Shown here one piece after another: positions 18,882 to 27,853 of a stretch of DNA of 64,000 nt. The first letter of the stretch is position 1. Every line of letters begins with the position of its first letter. Source of the stretch: an uncultured Verrucomicrobiae bacterium. Lineage in GTDB: Bacteria > Verrucomicrobiota > Verrucomicrobiia > Chthoniobacterales > UBA10450. Position numbers and translations under genes: made by a program. The notes under the pieces were generated by a model. That model did not search any database, was not told where the DNA came from, and saw only the letters and a list, made by a program, of their open reading frames with translations. Where the stretch lies: the NCBI GenBank assembly GCA_963719605.1, contig CAVRCO010000007.1, forward strand, positions 42,844-106,843, read 5' to 3'.

Positions 18882-20039
18882 ATGCATGCTGAAGCCGTTG
18901 TTGCCGCTGCTCCGTATTCGCGGGCAAACCCATTTCTCGCCAAGCTTCTGGTCAATCGTCGCCTGAGTGGGCCGGAGTCGGCAAAGGATACGCGCCATTT
19001 TGAACTAGACCTGACGGGATGGGGATTGAGGTTTGAGGTCGGCGATTCGCTTGCGGTGTATCCAACGAATGATCCGGAGCTTGTTGAGGAAATAATTCAC
19101 GCGCTGGGCGCCACAGGGGATGAACAGGTCCCTCGTCCGAGAGGGGCGTCCACGATGTTCCGCGACGCGTTGCTGCGCGACTACAGCATTACGCAGCCGA
19201 CGCCCAAGCTTTTACGAGCCATTGCCCACCGTGCGGACGCTGCGCCGCTGCTCGGCGACCTTCTCGCTCCTGAGCGTAAGCTCGATCTCGCGACCTATCT
19301 TTGGGGCATGGAGGTAATTGATTTTCTTACTGAGCATCCCTCAGTTCGATTCACACCGGAGGAATTTGTCGGTTTGCTCACCAAATTGCAGCCGCGCCTT
19401 TATTCTGTGGCCTCGAGTCTAAAGGCGTACCCCGATCAGGTGCACTTTATCGTGGACGTCGTCCGCTATGAAAGTCACGGTCGGCTTCGCCAAGGGGTGT
19501 GCTCATCTTTTCTTGCGGAACGGGCTGATGACGTACCGGTGCCGGTTTTCCCCAGCGTCGCCAAACATTTTCATTTGCCAGAGGACCCGGACGTTCCAAT
19601 CATCATGGTCGGCCCCGGGACGGGAGTGGCGCCGTTCCGTGCGTATTTGCAAGAACGCAAGGCGACTGGAGCAAGGGGAAAGAACTGGCTCTTTTTCGGA
19701 TCGCAGCATCAAAGGTGCGACTTTGCATACGGAGAGGAATTCGAGGCATTCCAGAAAGAAGGGCTTCTTACACGGCTCGATTGCGCGTGGTCGCGCGATC
19801 AAGTGGAGAAGATTTATGTCCAGCATCGGATGAAAGAAAATGCCGCGGAGATTTGGAAATGGATCGACGCGGAAGGGGCCCATTTCTTCGTGTGCGGCGA
19901 CGCGAAGCGGATGGCCAAGGATGTCGATGCGATTCTGCGCAAGATCGTGCAGGAGCACGGCGCTAAAAGTGTCGATCAAGCCAATGAATACGTTGAGAAG
20001 CTCAAGAGCGACAAGCGTTACAAGCGCGATGTGTATTAG
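18882..20039 (+). CDS. CysJ-like FAD/NAD(P)-binding reductase lacking the FMN (flavodoxin) domain
   Basis: ATG at 18882. Motifs RLYSVASS (FAD), GVCSSFL, MVGPGTGVAPFRAYL, FFGSQH, and C-terminal YKRDVY match sulfite-reductase alpha/CPR-type FNR modules. Confidence 0.8.
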   Translation: MHAEAVVAAAPYSRANPFLAKLLVNRRLSGPESAKDTRHFELDLTGWGLRFEVGDSLAVYPTNDPELVEEIIHALGATGDEQVPRPRGASTMFRDALLRDYSITQPTPKLLRAIAHRADAAPLLGDLLAPERKLDLATYLWGMEVIDFLTEHPSVRFTPEEFVGLLTKLQPRLYSVASSLKAYPDQVHFIVDVVRYESHGRLRQGVCSSFLAERADDVPVPVFPSVAKHFHLPEDPDVPIIMVGPGTGVAPFRAYLQERKATGARGKNWLFFGSQHQRCDFAYGEEFEAFQKEGLLTRLDCAWSRDQVEKIYVQHRMKENAAEIWKWIDAEGAHFFVCGDAKRMAKDVDAILRKIVQEHGAKSVDQANEYVEKLKSDKRYKRDVY

Positions 20040-20131
20040 CGAATGGCTTGCGATTTATTCGACATTCTTTCGCCATTCGGATTTCGTCATTTACTTCATC
20101 TGTGGCATAATAGGAAGAAGACGTTAAAGCG

Positions 20132-20686
20132 ATGTACGAGAACACTGAATTCACATTGAGCCGCGATTGCGAAGCGATCCAGATTCCGAGCGGGCAAAAG
20201 ACAACAATCCCGGCTGGAACCCAAGGGGTAATTACGCAAAGCCTGGGCGGCAGCTACACGATCGCAACGTACCAGGGTCTGACGCGAATCGCGGAGAAGG
20301 ATTTCGATGCTCTGGGGCTTGAAAAACCTCAGGCGCAACCAACTCAAAAGCCCGTCCGGACAACAAACGGCGAAGTTTCAGAGGAAGATGTCTGGAACCA
20401 GCTGCGCCAATGTTATGACCCGGAAATTCCGGTCAACATTGTTGATCTTGGTCTGGTTTACGATTGCCGCTTAATCAAAAAGGATGATGGCGGCGCGCGC
20501 GTGGAAGTGAAAATGACGCTCACTGCGCCCGGTTGCGGGATGGGGCCAGCCATCGCACACGACGCCCAGAGCAAGATTTTGTCGATCGACGGCGTGGATG
20601 AAGCCGATGTCCAGCTCGTCTGGGATCCGCCCTGGAATCAAAACATGATCAGCGAAGCGGGCCGTATGAAGCTCGGGATGATCTGA
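20132..20686 (+). CDS. sufT: putative Fe-S cluster assembly protein SufT (DUF59/MIP18 domain)
   Basis: About 184 aa. C-terminal DUF59 motif: CYDPEIPVNIVDLGLVY ... LTAPGCGMGP ... VWDPPW. Confidence 0.75.
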   Translation: MYENTEFTLSRDCEAIQIPSGQKTTIPAGTQGVITQSLGGSYTIATYQGLTRIAEKDFDALGLEKPQAQPTQKPVRTTNGEVSEEDVWNQLRQCYDPEIPVNIVDLGLVYDCRLIKKDDGGARVEVKMTLTAPGCGMGPAIAHDAQSKILSIDGVDEADVQLVWDPPWNQNMISEAGRMKLGMI

Positions 20687-20801
20687 GCAGAGCGACCCCG
20701 CTCGTTTCTCCTTTGCATATCGGCACGGGCCGAGCACACGGTCGATTGCATATTTTCTTTACGCCGTTAACAATTTTTTTGTGACATTTTTTATTCTCGC
20801 A

Positions 20802-20829
20802 TTGACAACACCCGCTTGAATTTTACACT
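20802..20829 (+). promoter_or_regulatory. candidate sigma70-type promoter upstream of rplI-dnaB
   Basis: TTGACA (20802-20807), a 16-nt spacer, then TACACT (20824-20829), about 60 nt upstream of the rplI ATG in an AT-rich tract. Confidence 0.4.
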
Positions 20830-20890
20830 CGACACCCCCGGAAGCGCTTCAGAGTTGAAAAATTCTTAGCCCGTTTTAGAAAAAATCGAC

Positions 20891-21460
20891 ATGCCTTTGA
20901 CTGAACTTATCTTAACCGAAAACGTTCCCGGTCTAGGTGCCGAGGCAGATGTAGTCAAAGTTCGGCGGGGTTATGCCCGCAATTATCTCTTGCCGCGCGG
21001 AAAAGCACATGAAGTCACTCCGGGCGCATTGCGTCAGATCGATGCGCTCAAGCACAAGCGCGCCGAGCGCGAAGCCCGTGAGTTGAATGAAGCAGAAGAA
21101 CTGGCGCGCCGAATCGGCAAGGCGCGGTTCGTTTTCACGCTGGAGACCGGCGAGACCGGGAAAGCATTTGGATCAGTCACAGCGCAGGACATCGTGAACC
21201 GCCTCAAGAACGAAATCGGCGCGGAGATCGATCGGCACAAAATTGTTCTCGAGCGTCCGATCAAAGATACCGGCGAACATGAGGTCACGATCAAATTGCA
21301 TCACGATGTGACTGCGCAGCTTGTTTTTCAGGTGAAATCCGCAGAAGAACCCCGCGACCGCGGGACCGAGGCCGAGGGCGCTGCGACCGACGAGCCTGAA
21401 AAGAAAAAGAAACATCGATTTTTCCACAGGAAAAAAGAAGAGAAAAAAGAAACCGAATAA
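20891..21460 (+). CDS. rplI: 50S ribosomal protein L9 with a ~40-aa charged C-terminal extension
   Basis: N-terminus LILTENVPGLGAEADVVKVRRGYARNYLLPRGKA is canonical L9. The tail is EEPRDRGTEAEG...KKKKHRFFHRKKEEKKETE. Confidence 0.9.
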   Translation: MPLTELILTENVPGLGAEADVVKVRRGYARNYLLPRGKAHEVTPGALRQIDALKHKRAEREARELNEAEELARRIGKARFVFTLETGETGKAFGSVTAQDIVNRLKNEIGAEIDRHKIVLERPIKDTGEHEVTIKLHHDVTAQLVFQVKSAEEPRDRGTEAEGAATDEPEKKKKHRFFHRKKEEKKETE

Positions 21461-22960
21461 ATGGCGCCTCAATCGTCCGCATGGACAGGAGAGAAGCCTC
21501 GTAAAGCGGGAAATGGCGCTGGCCGAGGTTCGGCGGCACGAAGCGGCGAAAAAGTTGTCCCCATTTCGCCCACAGGTTCTGCGCAGGATATTCACCGTAA
21601 CCCGCCCCATAGCGTCGAGGCGGAACAGGGCGTCGTGGGGTCAATGTTGCTCTCGCCGCGACAAGCCATCGCCGAATGCGTTGAGAAAATTAATGAGCAA
21701 TATTTTTACGTCCCTGCTCATCAGACGATCTACAGTGTGCTCGTCGATCTTTGGAATGCCGGGCAGGCGATCGACCTGATCACGTTCACGCAAGTCTTAC
21801 GCGACCGGAATCTCCTAGAAAGCGTCGGTGGCGCCGCGTTCGTCACAAGTTTATTTACGTTCGTTCCGACGGCGGCGAATCTTGAGTACTACCTGGAGAT
21901 CGTTCGCGATAAATACATTCTGCGCGAAATCATTTCCGCCGCGACCGAGAGTGTCCGCCGCGCGTACGAGGAGCAGGACGAAGTAAACAATCTTCTCGAC
22001 GAAGTGGAACAGCGCATTTTCGCCGTGGGCGAAGACCGTTTCAAAGGTCAGTTGCTCTCGATGAAAGAACAAGTGATGAGCACTCTGGAGTCAATCGAGA
22101 AGCTCTTTGAAAATAAAGGCGCAATTACGGGAGTGTCGACCGGCTTTCGTGATCTCGACAAGCTGACAAGTGGTTTACATCGTTCCGAGATGATCGTGAT
22201 CGCGGCGCGGCCAAGCATGGGTAAAACAGCGCTGGCAATGAACATTGCGGAACACGCCGCCATTGAGGCGAAGCTTCCGGTCGCAATTTTCAGTTTGGAG
22301 ATGAGTGCGCAACAACTTGTTCAACGCATGCTTTGCTCACGAGCGCGGGTCAACTTAGCCAAAACGAGAGATGGATTTCTCGCTGAGGCTGATTTTCCGA
22401 AGCTGACGCATGCAGCCTCCAAACTTGCAGAAGCCAAGATTTTCATCGACGACACTGCCAGTCTAAGCATCCTAGAATTGCGGGCGAAAGCGCGCCGGCT
22501 CAAAACTCAGCAAGATATTCAACTCATCATTATTGATTATTTGCAGCTGGTGCGATCAACCTCACGCCGAGCCCAGGATAATCGCCAATTGGAAATATCC
22601 GAGATTTCAGGGGGTCTGAAAGGTTTGGCGAAGGAGCTAAACATTCCAATTGTCGTTGTCGCGCAGTTGAATCGAAACCCGGAGATTCGAACCGGTAGTG
22701 GCAAAGGAGTTCCCAGATTGGCGGACTTGCGAGAGTCGGGTTCAATCGAACAGGACGCCGATGTAGTGGGACTACTGATGCGTGAAGAATACTACGCTGA
22801 CACCGATGAAGAGCGCGAAGAGCTAAGAGGCAAAGCTGAATTGATTATCGCGAAGCAACGCAACGGCCCGATCGGGGGCGTCAAACTAACATTCCTCAAC
22901 GAGTTCACGCGTTTTGTAGATCGCGCCGACGAAGCAGTCGAACCGGAAGAGGCGTTTTAA
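21461..22960 (+). CDS. dnaB: replicative DNA helicase DnaB
   Basis: ATG follows directly after the rplI TAA. Motifs PPHSVEAEQGVVGSML, GLHRSEMIVIAARPSMGKTALAMNIA, IIDYLQL, KQRNGP. Confidence 0.9.
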   Translation: MAPQSSAWTGEKPRKAGNGAGRGSAARSGEKVVPISPTGSAQDIHRNPPHSVEAEQGVVGSMLLSPRQAIAECVEKINEQYFYVPAHQTIYSVLVDLWNAGQAIDLITFTQVLRDRNLLESVGGAAFVTSLFTFVPTAANLEYYLEIVRDKYILREIISAATESVRRAYEEQDEVNNLLDEVEQRIFAVGEDRFKGQLLSMKEQVMSTLESIEKLFENKGAITGVSTGFRDLDKLTSGLHRSEMIVIAARPSMGKTALAMNIAEHAAIEAKLPVAIFSLEMSAQQLVQRMLCSRARVNLAKTRDGFLAEADFPKLTHAASKLAEAKIFIDDTASLSILELRAKARRLKTQQDIQLIIIDYLQLVRSTSRRAQDNRQLEISEISGGLKGLAKELNIPIVVVAQLNRNPEIRTGSGKGVPRLADLRESGSIEQDADVVGLLMREEYYADTDEEREELRGKAELIIAKQRNGPIGGVKLTFLNEFTRFVDRADEAVEPEEAF

Positions 22961-23024
22961 GAACCGTTGAACAGTTGAAGCGTTAAAGCAGTTCGATCGT
23001 CACTGGGTTTCACGATTCAACGCT

Positions 23025-25019
23025 TCAGCGACCCAACAACGCCTTCGCCGCATCGATTACGTGCTGCGCGTCGATACCTCGTTCCTTCATGACTTCGGGA
23101 CCTGGGGCGCTCAAGCCGAATTGATGCAGACCGATGACGTTCCCGTCGAGGCCGACGTATTGATACCAAATCTCAGTCACTCCGGCTTCGATGGCGACGC
23201 GTCTACGGCATTCGTTAGGCAGAACTTCTTCACGGTATTCTTGCGGCTGGCGATTAAAACGTTCAAAGCAAGGCATGGAGACAACGCGCGCGCCGTCTCC
23301 GAGTTGCCCCGCTGCCACGAGCGCATGCTGCAATTCGCTTCCGCACGACATGATAATCAGATCGAGTTTCCCCTTCTCTTTCCTGGCAACGTAACCGCCA
23401 CGAAGCACTCCTTCGCGGCGTAATTTTACGTCGATATCGTTCAACATCGGCACTGTCTGCCGTGTAAGCGCGAGAAAGGTTGGTCCATCGATTCGTTGCA
23501 TCGCCGCGACAAACGCGCCAGCAGTCTCTTCAGGATCGGCCGGGCGAATTACGTCAATGTTCGGTATTAAGCGGACTGAGCTCACCGTCTCCACGGGTTC
23601 ATGAGTGGGACCGTCTTCACCGACGCCGATCGAGTCATGAGTGAAAATGTAAGTATTGGGGAGCTTTGCCAGCGCGGCCAGCCGAATAGCAGGTCGGCAA
23701 TAATCGGTGAAAACAGCAAAGGTTGCGCCAGATGCGCGGAACAGTCCGTGATACGAGATGCCGTTGAGAATCGCGCACATCCCATGTTCGCGAATGCCGA
23801 AGCGGATGTTACGCCCGCCAGGGTCGTCGCGATTGAAATCGCCGCCGCCGTCGATGTAGTTCATTGTCGATCCATACAGATCGGCACTGCCACTCATGAG
23901 CAACGGCATCGCTTGCGCAATGGGCTGCAATACTTCGCCTCCGGCTTTTCGCGTCGCTAGCTTCGCATCCTTGGGAAAGTCAGGAATCTTCGAGGAAAGA
24001 TCCGGCGGAACTCTTCGCTCAACACCGTCATCAAGCATTTTCGCCTTGTCAGGATTTTTCGTCCGCCACGCGTTGTAGGTTTGTTCCCACTTCTCGTAGT
24101 CGGCGAGGAGCTTCTTTTTATGTTCGGCAAAATACTCGTACACCTCCTGCGAGACGAAATAATGTTCGTCTGGCAGGCCGAGCGCCTTGCGCGCTGCATC
24201 AACATACTTTGCGCCCGCCTCTCCATGCGCTTTATACGTCCCTGCTACTTCCGGAATGCCTTTGCCGATGAGCGTGTGAGCGATAATGAATTGCGGTTTC
24301 CCATTGTCGCGTCTCTTCGCCACGTTCAACGCATCGAGAAACTGTTGCATGTCGTGGCCATCGATTTCCTGGACATCGAAGCCATACGCCTCCATGCGTT
24401 TGTGGGTGTCTTCGCTCTGCGTTTCCTTCGCAGCGGCATCCAGCGTGACGGCATTTGAATCGTAGATGTAGATCAAATTATCGAGGCCCCAGTGACCGGC
24501 GAGTGCGCACGCTTCGGAAGCGACGCCTTCCTGCATGTCGCCGTCGCCGCACAAGCAGATCACGTGCTGATCGAAAATCTTGTGCTCATCAGTATTGAAA
24601 CGCGCAGCCGCCATTTTTGTCGCCACGGAAATGCCTACTGAGTTGCCGACTCCCTGTCCGAGCGGGCCTGTCGTGCATTCGACGCCCGGGGTCTCGCCGA
24701 ATTCAGGGTGCCCCGGTGTCTTGGAATGCAGTTGCCGGAATCGCTTGATTTCCGACATCGGCAAGTCGTAGCCGCTCATGTGCAGCCATGCGTACAAGAA
24801 CATGCTGCCGTGCCCAGCCGAAAGGACGAAGATATCGCGATTGATCCAGCGCGGTTTGTCCGGATTGTATTTTAACGCATGCCCATACAGCACGGCGCCC
24901 ATCTCGGCGCAGCCAAGTGGAAGCCCAAGGTGACCAGATTTCGAAGCCTGCACAGCGTCCATGCACAAACCACGTGCCTGGTCGGCTGCTTCAGAGAGAA
25001 TTTTGATATTTAGACTCAT
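23025..25019 (-). CDS. tkt: transketolase
   Basis: 664 aa. Motifs SGHLGLPLG, RDIFVLSAGHGSM, CLCGDGDMQEGV, THDSIGVGEDGPTHEP. Confidence 0.95.
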   Translation of the reverse strand: MSLNIKILSEAADQARGLCMDAVQASKSGHLGLPLGCAEMGAVLYGHALKYNPDKPRWINRDIFVLSAGHGSMFLYAWLHMSGYDLPMSEIKRFRQLHSKTPGHPEFGETPGVECTTGPLGQGVGNSVGISVATKMAAARFNTDEHKIFDQHVICLCGDGDMQEGVASEACALAGHWGLDNLIYIYDSNAVTLDAAAKETQSEDTHKRMEAYGFDVQEIDGHDMQQFLDALNVAKRRDNGKPQFIIAHTLIGKGIPEVAGTYKAHGEAGAKYVDAARKALGLPDEHYFVSQEVYEYFAEHKKKLLADYEKWEQTYNAWRTKNPDKAKMLDDGVERRVPPDLSSKIPDFPKDAKLATRKAGGEVLQPIAQAMPLLMSGSADLYGSTMNYIDGGGDFNRDDPGGRNIRFGIREHGMCAILNGISYHGLFRASGATFAVFTDYCRPAIRLAALAKLPNTYIFTHDSIGVGEDGPTHEPVETVSSVRLIPNIDVIRPADPEETAGAFVAAMQRIDGPTFLALTRQTVPMLNDIDVKLRREGVLRGGYVARKEKGKLDLIIMSCGSELQHALVAAGQLGDGARVVSMPCFERFNRQPQEYREEVLPNECRRRVAIEAGVTEIWYQYVGLDGNVIGLHQFGLSAPGPEVMKERGIDAQHVIDAAKALLGR

Positions 25020-25123
25020 GGAAAAGGAAGGAAGATTTTTAATTTCTGTTTAAAGATTAAAGACGTGAATCTCTATATGGCCGAACATTTGCGTTCGACA
25101 ATGTATTTTCCACTGCTGAGCTA

Positions 25124-26323
25124 TTGGACGCTGGTAAATTGGAAGATCGGAGGACTACTTCACCCGTGAAGACGCCATCACTGCTCCAAATTGTCGAGCG
25201 GCTCGAACGTCTGGCCGGCAGGTTGCCTTCGAAAATCCGAAAAGCTGTTCTCAATGAGCTCACGCCACTGAAACAATTATTTCTGCAGCAACGCCCACCG
25301 CGTTTTCTTTTTGCCGGCTCAGCCAAGGTACCTGCGAGGAAAATCATCTCGGCCCTCTTTGGCTCTGTCGAGTTCGTCGCGCCAAATGCCGCCGCCCCGC
25401 TTTGCCGCTGGTTCGAGGTCGGCTTTCCTGATAGAGGCAAGATATCGATCATTGACGCCCGTGGGGTTGACGATTCTGCGGCCATCCACGTCCGGGACGA
25501 ACTCAAATATCGCGCTGCAGATATCATTTTTCTCATCCGGGACGAGCGAATTGCCCAGGAAATGGAGAAGCGCGAGCTGGCTGAGTTAAACAGCTATCTT
25601 AGCTGGAATGAGACATTGGAAACGGATCGCAAGATAATCGAAATCATCGTTCCGCCGTTCGAGAAGGTCGCTTCACGCCATCACAACGACGTCGGTGCGA
25701 CCCGCGACGAACACCTAGTCGGATCAAGTCTCGTGAAACGCGGCGTCTTTTTGGAAACGTTGAGGCTAATCTCTGTGGATAACGATCAGGGATTTGAACT
25801 GCCCCCTGCGGAAGCGAGGCGTCTCATGTCGATCCTTGCACGCGAATTGCCGAATGAAGCGCGGATGGAAATGATCCGGATATCGCGAGATCGCGAGGGG
25901 CAGCGCGAAGTGGCACGGCTTTTGGTAAAATCTACGACCGCCGTCTGTACCGCCATTGGCGCGCAACCGATTCCGCTCGCTGATTTGCCGATTCTGACCA
26001 GCCTGCAACTGATGATGGTTTCCGGGGTCATGTATGTAAGCGGGCGGGAACGCAGCCTGCGTGCTGCCGCAGAATTCGCCGGCGCTCTCGGCGCAAATGT
26101 TGGCGCAGCGATGCTCCTTCGTGAAGGCGCCCGCGCGATCCTGAAATTCTTTCCGGGTTGGGGGAACGTCGTGTGCGGGCTCGTGGCAGGCTCTGGAACG
26201 TACGCGATCGGTCGCGCTGCAACCGCGTTCTTCATTGAAGGCGTATCTCTGAAGGATGCGCGTCGTACCTATTTGGCGAGCCGGAAAAAACGTCGTCGCC
26301 GGGAATTCGAAGAAGCTCAATGA
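25124..26323 (+). CDS. DUF697 membrane-associated protein with a degenerate GTPase-like N-terminal domain
   Basis: C-terminus AIGAQPIPLADLPILTSLQLMMV...GAAMLLREGARAILKFFPGWGNVV is DUF697-like. The N-terminal region aligns to small-GTPase topology but has FAGSAKVPARK in place of GxxxxGK[ST]. The start is uncertain (TTG 25124 or GTG 25166). Confidence 0.6.
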   Translation: MDAGKLEDRRTTSPVKTPSLLQIVERLERLAGRLPSKIRKAVLNELTPLKQLFLQQRPPRFLFAGSAKVPARKIISALFGSVEFVAPNAAAPLCRWFEVGFPDRGKISIIDARGVDDSAAIHVRDELKYRAADIIFLIRDERIAQEMEKRELAELNSYLSWNETLETDRKIIEIIVPPFEKVASRHHNDVGATRDEHLVGSSLVKRGVFLETLRLISVDNDQGFELPPAEARRLMSILARELPNEARMEMIRISRDREGQREVARLLVKSTTAVCTAIGAQPIPLADLPILTSLQLMMVSGVMYVSGRERSLRAAAEFAGALGANVGAAMLLREGARAILKFFPGWGNVVCGLVAGSGTYAIGRAATAFFIEGVSLKDARRTYLASRKKRRRREFEEAQ

Positions 26324-26423
26324 ACAGATGCGAAGCCGTCTCTCGGCGCACACATTCTATCAGGCATTTCCATAGTATTTCTCCCGTGAATAACTTGTGA
26401 ATAAAATTCCTAATTTCTGCACG

Positions 26424-26451
26424 TTTTGTTCACACGATCTTGTGAACAAAA
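26424..26451. promoter_or_regulatory. perfect 11-bp inverted repeat (TTTTGTTCACA-N6-TGTGAACAAAA) upstream of rsmA
   Basis: The arms (26424-26434 and 26441-26451) are exact reverse complements. Two further direct TGTGAATAA-type boxes lie at 26386-26393 and 26396-26404. Confidence 0.5.
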
Positions 26452-26494
26452 AGACTAATTTCGTGGCGCTTGTCGCTCCTTCGCCACCGTTCCA

Positions 26495-27853
26495 ATGAAG
26501 CTGTCCGACATTCGGGCGACGCTTCAAGAAATACACGTCTCGCCGGTCAAAACCCTTGGTCAAAATTTTCTGCACGATCAAAACCTCGCCCGATGGATTG
26601 TCGATCAGGCGCAGATTACTTCGGACGATTACGTGCTTGAAATCGGGCCCGGTTTGGGGGCCTTAACAAAACTCGTTCTTGAAAAAGGCGCACGGGTTCT
26701 GGCGATCGAGAAAGATACGCGTCTTGCCAATTTTTTACGCGAACGTTTCGCTCATGAGCGACTGGAAATATTAAACATCGACGCGCTTAAATTCGATGCG
26801 CGCATCTTGTTTGCTCATCGACGCGTGAAACTACTTGGCAACCTTCCCTATAACATCTCAAGCCCGCTGCTTTTGAAGTTCCTCGCGCAGCCAACCTCTA
26901 TCTTACTATGGTTGTTCACATTACAAAGGGAGATGGCAAGCCGTCTTTCCGCAAAGCCGTGTACGCGTGATTATGGTGCTCTGACATTGCGCATCCAGTT
27001 GCGCCATCACGTAAAATATCTGCGCACTGTTTCTGCAAATGTTTTCTTGCCGCGACCTGAAGTTGATTCCGCAGTGGTGCGAATCTTGCCGCGCGATCCG
27101 TGGGAATTGCCGCCGCACGACGAAGAGTTGCTTCTAGAATTGATTCGTCTCGGTTTTTCTCAGAGAAGAAAGCAATTAAGAAAGTTGCTCCGGGAGCGAG
27201 TCGATGACTGGGATACTCTCGCGCGCCACGTCAACATCGATCGCAAAGCTCGAGCTGAAGAGCTCTCATTACTTCAATGGATCGGCCTGGTGAATTTCAT
27301 CGCCCCGCTACCGTGTCCCGATATTGGCCTAACGAACAATGAGCATTTTCCAGTCGTCGATAAAAACGATAGAATTCTGCGCGATGCCAGCCGCTCCGAG
27401 GTGCATGGGAATAACTTGCGCCATCGCGCCGTTCACATCTTGATTTTCAACCCGACCAACGAGGTTTACTTGCAGCAGCGTTCGCGCTGGAAAGATCGAC
27501 ATCCCTTGAAATGGGACTCGAGCGCTGCTGGTCATGTAATCGTCGCGGAAAGCTACGACGAAACGGCTCAACGCGAGTTGAAAGAAGAATTAGGCATAAG
27601 CGCTTCTCTCAAGAAGATTGCGAAGCTTCCTGCCTCGGAACGTACCGACTATGAGTTTGTCTGGCTTTATCGAGGGGAAGTGGCCGGTAATCTGTTACCG
27701 AATCGAACAGAGATTGAAACTGGCGCATTCTTTCCTAGGACGGTCATCGATGGTTGGATCGCGGCCCGACCAGAAGACTTTGCGCCGGGCTTCATCGAAT
27801 GCTGGAGAGTCTATTGTCAGAAAAACTGCAGCAGCCGCAGCGCGCCTACTTAA
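26495..27853 (+). CDS. rsmA: 16S rRNA (adenine1518/1519-N6)-dimethyltransferase RsmA/KsgA fused to a C-terminal NUDIX hydrolase domain
   Basis: N-terminal LGQNFLHD, EIGPGLGALT, GNLPYNISSP (KsgA). The C-terminal ~165 aa carry a complete Nudix box: GHVIVAESYDETAQRELKEELGI. Confidence 0.85.
   Translation: MKLSDIRATLQEIHVSPVKTLGQNFLHDQNLARWIVDQAQITSDDYVLEIGPGLGALTKLVLEKGARVLAIEKDTRLANFLRERFAHERLEILNIDALKFDARILFAHRRVKLLGNLPYNISSPLLLKFLAQPTSILLWLFTLQREMASRLSAKPCTRDYGALTLRIQLRHHVKYLRTVSANVFLPRPEVDSAVVRILPRDPWELPPHDEELLLELIRLGFSQRRKQLRKLLRERVDDWDTLARHVNIDRKARAEELSLLQWIGLVNFIAPLPCPDIGLTNNEHFPVVDKNDRILRDASRSEVHGNNLRHRAVHILIFNPTNEVYLQQRSRWKDRHPLKWDSSAAGHVIVAESYDETAQRELKEELGISASLKKIAKLPASERTDYEFVWLYRGEVAGNLLPNRTEIETGAFFPRTVIDGWIAARPEDFAPGFIECWRVYCQKNCSSRSAPT

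Noticed and set aside
26424-26451. CRP/FNR-type binding site, because of the TGTGA and TCACA half-sites
   Set aside because: The canonical site is TGTGA-N6-TCACA. Here the halves are in the opposite order (TCACA-N6-TGTGA), which is not equivalent, so I report it only as an unassigned inverted repeat.
26360-26581. 73-aa minus-strand ORF spanning the rsmA upstream region
   Set aside because: It overlaps the rsmA start and the repeat-rich regulatory gap and has no motif. It is most likely spurious.
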